A program made the translations under genes and the position numbers. Of a stretch of DNA of 64,000 nucleotides, positions 55,502-64,000 are shown piece by piece. This DNA comes from Picochlorum sp. SENEW3 (lineage: Eukaryota), in NCBI GenBank assembly GCA_034226945.1, contig CP120455.1:682001-746000 (forward strand), read 5' to 3'. The notes beneath the pieces were generated by a model. That model had not been told where the DNA came from and ran no database searches. It was given only the letters and a program-made list of their open reading frames with translations. How positions within the stretch are numbered: the first letter of the stretch is position 1; each line of letters opens with the position of its first letter.

Positions 55502-58500
55502 ATGTCACCGACTCAGTTTCGGCATACACAGTATGCCGTGTACATAACGGCCATGGCAACGGCTTTAGCAGCTGGCTATGACAGCTGTCAGGGGATTGTG
55601 CAAAGGTATCATATTAATAAGAAATGGTTCTACTTGTATGGGTTTTTGATGCTATTTGCATATCTCTACGTTAGACCATTGATTCGGAAGCGACTAGGCT
55701 CCGCATCTTCAGCCTATATCAACTGGAATACAGTATATGCCATGTGGCTGTGTGCTGCTGTGTTTTACCATATGCCTTCTTTGGAGTCCCTCGGTTTCGA
55801 TATCAAAGCGGATGTATCAATCATTTTGACGATATTTTTGATGTCATGTGCTCTGCTGGGGATTCTTGCGAGCACATATGGCTTTTTGACAAGCATACGG
55901 GGTGTCTCAAAGAGGCTTTTGTATATTCCTCCCAGTTCAAAAGAAATCTTTAGTGTGGTGGTTTTGAATTCGATGAATTTAGCATTGGCATGCTCTACAT
56001 ATTATTCTTTTTGTGGGAATTCCCCAGAGTATCGCAGAAAGATTCACCCAGATGATTCTTTTAGACATTATATTTGTAGTGATTTGTTGAGGCCCATATC
56101 ATCTCACCAATATCAGATCTTTTCACGCTGGGTGATTTATGGAGAAGGCGAGAGTACAGGTAGCACAAACACGACCTTGACTGATGAGACTGCTGTTTTG
56201 ATGGATGGATACATTTCTCCAGTGTTTACAACATGGCTGACTTTGTTTTTCCTCTTTCTTTGCAATAGTGGTGCCGATTTCGTAGCAGCCTATTTTGTGC
56301 GCTGCTCAACGATGGCAACGTACCAGAGAAGTGGAAGTTCTCGAATGAAAAGAAAATCATCGGGCAGAAAGAGTGCTTTGGAGAATGGGGACAGCCCACC
56401 TTTGAATGGAGCAGGCAGCTTTGGATCTCTCTCTGAGCTTGACTTTCTGTGGAATAGTGCGACGATCACTGGACCCTTAAAAACAGTCTCTTCATTTTTT
56501 CATCCAAAAGGAGATGAGCGAGATGACGAGGACATTTTGCCAAGTATGATTGTGGGACGGAAGGTTCCTGATCACACTCCGTCCCCAAATTTTTTGCCAA
56601 TGTTCCCATGGTATTCTGGGACTTCAGCGGATTTGCTCAACACGCTGATCGAATTAATTGTCTCTGTGAAGGTGTTTGTTGGAAGATTTGATATGAGAAC
56701 AATGTTGTCGGCGACCCCGTTTGATAGGACTTCTGTTCATTCTGGTCCTGCTGAAGGTGATGGCTATACGTTCGAACACTTGTCGGAGAAGAAAGAATTA
56801 TGGCTTGATTTTTGCGCTGATACAGGAGACGGTGGTAATTCAACCTACTCTATAGCGAGATGTCTGGCTGCCAAAAGAATATTTGTTAATCTGCCAGAGG
56901 AAATAGCTGAAAAGGAGGGGGAGACAGGTGGAAGACGTATGCTTCCCAGAGGCGACACGTTAATCCATGGAGGGGACTTGGCGTATCCTAATCCCACAGG
57001 TATGTTTCACTTCTCATAAAAGGATAAGAGAATAGACACTGATTTGCGTATCATGAAATGCAGATGAGACTTATGAAATGAGGCTGTTCAAGCCATACCA
57101 GGATGCATTCCAATCGCCTCCTCATGTGTACTCAGGACATTTGGTTGTCAATAAGCCTGATCTTCCGATGCAATACTATTTATCTTCTATGGAAAAGTGC
57201 CTGGCGTGTTCTCAGAAAAAGCAGGAAGATTCTTGTGATTCCCCTTGCAAGATGTGTCTAAAGGTGCAAGCGCTGCGATCATACCAAGGCCCTACATCAT
57301 TCATGATCCCAGGGAATCATGATTGGATTGATGGATTGGAAACTTTTCAACGCAATATCATACATCGAGGATGGATTGGAGGCTGGTTACTTCCACAGGA
57401 GAAGTCATATTTTGCATTAAAATTGCCTCATGGATGGTGGCTTTTTGGTGTTGATTTAGCATTGGAGGAGGACATCGACATGTGTCAGTACAGATATTTT
57501 GCAAAAATTGCAGAAGAAAGGATGTCTTCTACAGATCGTGCAATTATAGTGACTCATTGTCCCCAGTGGCTTGTTGACTGGTTCTGGGGCCACGGTGAAG
57601 AATCTGGTAAGATTTTGCGACAACTCATACGAGGACCTTTAAGAGGCAGGGTGAAGCTGAGACTTGCCGGCGATCTTCACTTCTATATGCGACACTCTTT
57701 CAAAAGATATGGAAGTGAAGGTGTCAGTGTTCCTCCGTCCTACATGCCAACTCCTGCAGGTGGTTCACCAATTCCTGGGGGGTCACCTCGTCAAAGACAC
57801 GGGCAACCTGCTGAAGTTCTTTCAAAAAAATCGCATGCTCAGCTTATAAGTAAGCTTAGTAATATCGCTAAAAAGAATGGACAGAGTGATGAAGATGAGA
57901 ACCACTCCAGGTCGGTTGGTTTCAAATCAAGTTCCACCCCAACAGTAAAATTGGGCAGTATGGAGTCTACAACTCCAGTCTCGCTGGAAGGTTCGTCTCC
58001 TCCTAATTGGTGGCCCGGGCTCAAGGTGAAATCTCCACTTGAAGGATCGTCGCCTTGTCACCCTACCCACTTGTCTGAAAAGTATAATAGAGATTCAGAG
58101 TGGGAAGCTCCTCCACCCGGCTGGGTACTGAACGATGCTGAGCATTTGGTTGTGTGTGGTTCAGGAGGGGCATTCCTCCATCCCACGCACGTGTTCTCGT
58201 ATGCTCGGTTCAGGCCTCTGCATGATCCCTCGGCTGGACCAATTCATGTGCAACCTACGAGCTTGCTAAAAGAAAAAAGATCCTTCCCAAGCTCATCCAG
58301 TCTCTATAGCATGAGGAAGTCTGATGGTCCAAAACCCTCTGCAGGAGGAGAGTATCAGTGCATTACGTCGTTTCCAACACCAGACGACTCGTTTAGAATC
58401 GGTAAACAGAATCTTCATGCGTTTAGGAACGTCAATTCTCGTTTCGACATTATTGGAGGAGTGGTGTACTATTTATTAGTGCTGTCAGCCTTGCCAAGAT

Positions 58501-59528
58501 GCACAGAGGTGGCTCAGATTTTCAATGCCACCTCACCATCAGAGGCTGTAGGATACTTTTTGCGCGGTATAGGTAGCACCTTTTTGTACATTTTCTCAGA
58601 GTCTTATGTATCATTTTTTGCCTTTTTCCTGCTCTTTTTGGTGGTGTATGGTTTTGCTCGAGGAGGAGGTGTTGGAGCTATCCATGGTGTGGCTCCTGCA
58701 GCACGAAGAAAGCCAGAGTATCGAGGCTTTGCCCTTGCTGTCAAGGCTCGAATGGGAGGTATTTCAGCACAGCTTATTTATTCTATTGTACATGCGCTTT
58801 TCCACCTCACAGCGGCTATTGCGCTGCTATTGCTGCTTGAAGTTGGCATAGAAACAGTTATTCGTTATGAAAATGTGGGCAGCGATGGCTATCATTCTCT
58901 GTATCGATGGTACAGGCAATTCGAAAGAAGTCAATTCCCTGATCCAGCAAATCTCCGCAGTATACTATCATACTGGACCTGTGGTCTCTATCCAAACGCC
59001 ATTAAATGGCTTTTTGCGATATTTGATGTTCCAGAGGCCATTGCTGTTTCCAGGAGTGCTACATGTGCTGCAGGTGGCTCCATCGCGGCGTTGACACGAC
59101 TTCAGACGATTGGATATTACGTCGGCGTCTTGCTGTATTTCTGGGTCTTGGCTACTCCAACAGTGGGATTGATTTTTGGCGTTTACCTCTACATCTCAGG
59201 AAACTGGCTCCATGTCCATTATGATGAATCCTTCTCAGCCCTCCAGGTGGAAGACAGGAAGGCATTTTTACGTCTTCACATTGATTCCTCTGGAAATCTC
59301 GAGGTATATTCTCTAGGACTGAGGGATGTCCCAAGAGAATGGAGAGAAGACCCTCGGTGGAAATCACATGGTGGTGGTGCCTTCAATTTGGACATGCCCC
59401 ATGAGGCAGAATTTCCCAGCAGATGGATGCCTGTCAAGCCCACAGGAAGAGGCAAAATGCAATATTCAGAACCTCCTGAAGACTTACTGGAGGTTGTAGA
59501 CTACTTGAAGATTCCCAAATCTGAGTGA
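55502..59528 (+). CDS. Multi-TM calcineurin-like metallophosphoesterase (At4g11800/At4g23000-like)
   Basis: Exons 55502-56999 and 57064-59528; intron 57000-57063. ADTGDGGNSTY, GGDLAYPNP, IPGNHDWIDGL, AGDLHFYMRH, GSGGAFLHPTH, VPEAIAV.R, H.DE.FS.L. Confidence 0.9.
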
Positions 59529-59798
59529 TTCCTTTTGAATGTGTACTCATTGAGATGGTCCTGTAAACTACCGTCATTTATTCAGATTGGTCGCACCGTA
59601 TGCTGCAAGACCGCATGACACTCTCCTTTATATGTATATCGCTTATTTTCAGTTCATACGACATTGTGTAGGTATTTTTTCTTGACAGAAGCTGCCATTG
59701 CATCTGAAAATAAACTGGGAGTTCAATTGACACCAGACCGCCTTTGTTGCGCTGGGACTACGCGATTTTCCAAATAATTTGAAAGCAAAGTCGATGGC

Positions 59799-61400
59799 AT
59801 GAGGGCACAAAAGGTACGGCCACTGTATTTGATTTCGCTGAGGCGTTTTCGGAGAATGCGTGCGTGCGCGGTTTTAGGTCCATCATCGCCCAAGCTACTG
59901 ATGGGGCGATGAAGAGGAGATATTTTATATCAACATGGACAATTAATTGGATCTGGTGGCGTGGTGACCCCATGGGAAAGGTTTTTCAACGTTGTCTCAC
60001 GACGTGCCTTTTTGCAGAAGAATAAGAAGCAAAAGAGAGGGAAGGAGAACCTCGTGAAAGAAAATGCCCAGCAGGCTTCTCCTGCTGCTGTTCCAGAGAC
60101 GCAGCCACAGCCGGAAGCACCAAAGCCTGAGGAGAGGGAACCTATTCCATGGAGTGAAGTAGAACTGCCTCTTCTTCCACATACTCAGTTGAACTGTACG
60201 TGGAGGGATGGAACGATGCGGTCTGCTCGCATTATTGAGAGAAGGCCTTTGAAAGGTGGCGGAGCAGACGATTGGGAGTACTACGTACATTACAGAGGCG
60301 TTGATAGGCGTATGGACTGCTGGAAACTTTTGGAGGATTTTGATAAGGATAGCATTATTCCACCCCGTTTACTGGATGCCGTGGATCCAAAGTGCGTATA
60401 TAATAATAATAATAGATATCGTTGTTCTCGTCTGATCCTGCCTGCGAGTATCCATGAGCATCTGTTTTCCTGCAGGACTAAAAAGCCAAAATATGAGGAG
60501 ATTCATAGTGAAGATGATGGCCATCACGGATTCTCTCAGCAAAAGATTAGAGCTCATGAAGAAGCCACAAAAGTGAAAAATGTGGAACAGATTGAGTTAG
60601 GGCGGCATACGATGGATGTGTGGTACTTCTCCCCGCTGCCTCCTGAATACTCTGGGTTCAAGAAATTATACTTTTGCGAGTATGATCTGACGTATTATGT
60701 CTCTCGAGAACAACTCTTGCGTCATTTGAGAAAGGTTCGGATACAGCATCCGCCTGGGAATGAGATTTATCGAAATAATGGGATATCCATGTTTGAAGTG
60801 GATGGAGATGAAGCAACTGAATATTGTAGAAACTTGTGCTCGCTCGCGAAAATGTTCCTAGATCATAAATCAGTTGAATGTTGCATCAATGATTTCATGT
60901 TCTACGTCATGTGCGAGTGCGATGAACGAGGTGCTCACGTTGTCGGGTATTTTTCAAAAGAAAAGGCTCCAACAAGAAAGTTCAATCTATCCTGCATATT
61001 GGCTATACCTGCATACCAGCGACGAGGCTACGGGAAATTCCTCGTCTCATTTTCATACGAATTAAGCAAAATTGAGAAGAAAGTTGGCACCCCAGAGACC
61101 CCACTGTCAGATATGGGACAGGTCACCTATGATAGCCATTGGGCACGAGTCATCTGCAACATATTAAAAGAAGTCGAAGGACCTGTGAGTGTCAAGATAT
61201 TGAGTGATATGACCATGTTCACAGAGCAAGACATTACTTACACACTGAAGAGACTGAATCTCATTCGGTATGTCAAAGGGCAGCCAGTGATTTGTGCCCC
61301 AATTGCCACTCTGGATGAGCATTTGAAGAAATGTGGATCCGTCGGTCTCCCTGTGGATCCTAGAAAGATTGTTTGGTCTCCGAACCCTAACTATGTTTAA
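59799..61400 (+). CDS. MYST-family histone acetyltransferase, divergent paralog 1
   Basis: Proposed exon 59799-59813 (MRAQK); intron 59814-60017; exon 60018-60391; in-frame intron 60392-60475; exon 60476-61400. Chromo-barrel YYVHY....RRMD.W, FLDHK, NLSCIL, YQRRGYG, GTPETPLSD. Confidence 0.9.
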
Positions 61401-61491
61401 TAAAAACTTGTTGTATTGTAATGGAAGTGCTATAGGACAGTATTGGTAGTTGGAACAAGACTAACGGCATTTCCATCGAAAGAAACACGGC

Positions 61492-62997
61492 ATGGCAGTT
61501 CGACGAACCAGTCGGGCGCAGCAAAAGGTATGATTTAATGATATAGTAGACATATGTAATGGATTAAAGGGGAGAGAGTGTCCGTTAAGCCCGTATTTGA
61601 GTGTCCCCTGGTTCGGAAAGGTCGCGATTGAGTGGTCATCGTTGTTGTTGGAACCTACCTCTGTTCCCTGATATCAGTCTCAGGGTTCATTTGAATACTA
61701 TCGTGATTTGCAGGCTAAGAAAAGCGGCAGTGCAGGCAAGGAGAATGTCGCTGCTGAAAAAGTGGACAATGAGTCAGGTCAACAAACTGCTCCTGCTGCT
61801 GCTGCTCAACCGTTGGTGGAGAGAACACCAATTCCCCGAGAAGACGTGATCTTGCCTTTGGAGCCATACACACTTGTATCATGCCAATGGAGGGATGATA
61901 AAATGCATCCAGCAAGGATTGTCGATCGCAGGGAAGTCAATGGAGAGTATCAATACTATGTTCACTATCGCAAGTTGAATAGGCGCATGGATGAATGGGT
62001 GTCTGTTGACAAGTTGGACCTGGATACGGTGATTCCACCAGAGCCAATAGATCCGAATGATCCCAAATCAAAGAAGAGGCGATATGAGGATCATAGTGAG
62101 GAGGAGGGGGAAGGGCATGAGGCCTTTGATGAGCAAGAGCTTCGCCATCATGAGGAAGTGACCAAAGTGAAGAATATTGGCAAGATTGAGCTTGGACGAT
62201 ACCAAATGGACACATGGTACTTCTCTCCCTTGCCACAAGAGTATAATGGCGTTAACACTTTGTATTTCTGTGAGTATGACTTGGCATTTTTCAAGAAGAG
62301 GGACGAAATGTTGAGGCACTTGAAAAAGGTGCGGAATCTCCACCCTCCAGGAGCAGAGATTTACAGGCACAAAGGGATTTCCATGTTTGAGATTGATGGG
62401 AGACGAGAAAAGGAGTACTGCCAAAATCTGTGCTATTTGGCCAAATTATTCCTTGATCATAAAACTCTCACGTATGACGTGGATTTTTTCCTGTTCTACG
62501 TCATGTGTGAGTGTGATGAACGAGGTGCCCACATCACAGGATATTTCTCCAAGGAAAAGTATTCTGAAGAAGGGCGCAATTTGGCATGTATTTTGACATT
62601 GCCAGCATATCAAAGGAGAGGATACGGTAAATTTTTGATTTCATTTTCCTATGAATTAAGTAAAATAGAGAAGAAAGCAGGAACTCCAGAGAGACCATTA
62701 TCTGATCTTGGACTTGTGTCATATCGTGGGTACTGGACCAGAACTTTGCTGACTATTTTGAAAGAAATGGAGGGATCGGTCAGTATAAAAGAGCTTAGCG
62801 AGATGACAATGATCAAGCCTGAGGATATTATATCGACATTGCAGCATTTGAAAATGATCCAGTACATCAAGGGTCAGCATGTGATTTGTGCAGCTCCGCA
62901 TGCCGTGGAGGCTCATCTCAAAGCATGTGGATCGCCAGGGCTCCCGGTTGAGCCATCGAAAATCATTTGGACCCCGCATGATCATTCAAAAGATTAA
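61492..62997 (+). CDS. HAM1: MYST-family histone acetyltransferase (Esa1/HAM1-like), paralog 2
   Basis: Exon 61492-61527; intron 61528-61713; exon 61714-62997. YYVHYRKLNRRMDEWV, HEEVTKVKNI, FLDHKTL.YDVD.FLFY, NLACIL, GTPERPLSDLG. Confidence 0.94.
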
Positions 62998-63040
62998 GAA
63001 ATATATTGTAACTTATTATATCAAACAGCGAGAAAAGAGC

Positions 63041-64000
63041 TTACGCATCCTGATGTGATGCCTTGCGGCAAGATTTTGCCCTCTGTAATCTATCTTGTAT
63101 TATTTGCCTATTGAAATTTGTCCCGCTGGGCGATCTAGCCGCAGATTTAATCCAGGTGATGCTATCTTTTACCAATCTTTTCTTACTAGATGCATCTTTG
63201 ATCTCTGCCTTTCTGGCTTTTTCGTCTCTGAGAGTCTCTTCCTGTCTGGCTCGCTCTTCATCTCTTTCCTGGTACCATTTGACAGCTGCAGGAATTAGCT
63301 GCAGCTTCCAGACATCGTAATAGTACGCAGCCATGACACGACAAGACACATGAGGTAGAAATTCGTCTTTGATGCGCTTGAAATTTCTTCCATGCTTTGT
63401 CATGCCATTTCCAAATGCCTCTTGTTCCTCGCTTGTCAGGGCATTCACCATATGCGCTCCCATCTTTTTCAGCCCCAGCATATCTGTCAGACTTCCTGCT
63501 GCATTTATTAGCTTCTCAGATTCCTCCATAATCTTTTTTGCTCTCTTTTCTCTATTCATACGCATTGGCTCATCAATATTTTGCCTCTTTGGTGGAGGGA
63601 CTGTCCCAGAGGCTGCTATGAGTGTGCCACTGAGGCGCCTCTCCCGTTCCTCATCAACCGCTGAAGAATCTTCCTTCTTTGGTGGTATGGTCACCTGATA
63701 CATCGAACCCCACCTGACATCAGTCCTTGCAGCTGGATCTCCTTCAACCACTGCTGTGCTCCTTCGCAACATGCCATGTACCATGGCTTGCGACGGGCTG
63801 CCCAGTCCATTCAAATCAATCCGCGGAGAAAAGATGAGCGGCGATTCCATTTTAGGCTTCTTGGTGCCTTTTCTCCGTCTCCTCGCATCTCCAGCAGCCT
63901 GACCATTTTGTGCTCGCCACTGCTTCATGTCTGAGATGTTTGACAAGATTCTTTCGTATTCCTGAAACTGATCCATCACAGTGCGTTGGACGTTTGCAGG
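63041..64000 (-). CDS. 3' part of an ELM2/SANT(Myb)-type chromatin protein; 5' end lies outside the window
   Basis: Frame is open to the window edge. VRWGSMYQVTIP is ELM2-like; LTSEEQEAFGNGMTKHGRNFKRIKDEFLP...YYY..WK is SANT-like. Confidence 0.75.
   Translation of the reverse strand, partial: PANVQRTVMDQFQEYERILSNISDMKQWRAQNGQAAGDARRRRKGTKKPKMESPLIFSPRIDLNGLGSPSQAMVHGMLRRSTAVVEGDPAARTDVRWGSMYQVTIPPKKEDSSAVDEERERRLSGTLIAASGTVPPPKRQNIDEPMRMNREKRAKKIMEESEKLINAAGSLTDMLGLKKMGAHMVNALTSEEQEAFGNGMTKHGRNFKRIKDEFLPHVSCRVMAAYYYDVWKLQLIPAAVKWYQERDEERARQEETLRDEKARKAEIKDASSKKRLVKDSITWIKSAARSPSGTNFNRQIIQDRLQRAKSCRKASHQDA

Noticed and set aside
59883..59912. 9-bp inverted repeat TCATCGCCC/GGGCGATGA in the proposed first intron of MYST paralog 1
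   Set aside because: An isolated short hairpin, with no riboswitch or snoRNA motifs recognised.
1..64000. Prokaryotic or viral origin, defence systems, transposons
   Set aside because: Spliceosomal introns, U4 snRNA and eukaryote-specific genes occur throughout; I saw no transposase, integrase, reverse transcriptase, LTR/TIR or CRISPR repeats.

Overview
Eukaryotic nuclear DNA from a very compact green-algal genome. Evidence: LHCII, plastid-targeted MutS2/RimM/NDC1/fibrillin, short GT-AG introns, TGTAA poly(A)-type signals and intergenic gaps often under 150 nt. The style resembles the trebouxiophyte Picochlorum (inference only). The window holds about 37 protein-coding genes (two truncated by the window edges) and one U4 spliceosomal snRNA gene that the ORF track misses. 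I saw no transposon, CRISPR array, rRNA or tRNA. I rebuilt exon/intron structures by hand from splice consensus and frame continuity, and all family assignments come from recalled motifs, not database searches. Most notable observations: (1) a plastoglobule fibrillin ending in a CP12-type redox tail (DPLEEFCEEDPSADECRVYED); (2) a bacterial AlkK/DmdB-type acyl-CoA ligase with a peroxisomal SKL signal; (3) two tandem LHCBM genes whose mature-protein exons differ at 1 of 687 nt while their introns and flanks share no visible similarity and their transit-peptide exons differ; (4) a palindromic element TCCCATCAA-N9-TTGATRGGA in two unrelated promoter regions; (5) same-strand genes only 39-120 nt apart, candidates for polycistronic mRNA; (6) tandem MYST acetyltransferases with a degenerate zinc finger and asymmetric divergence; (7) a ZZ-finger fused to a C11orf68/UPF0696 domain.
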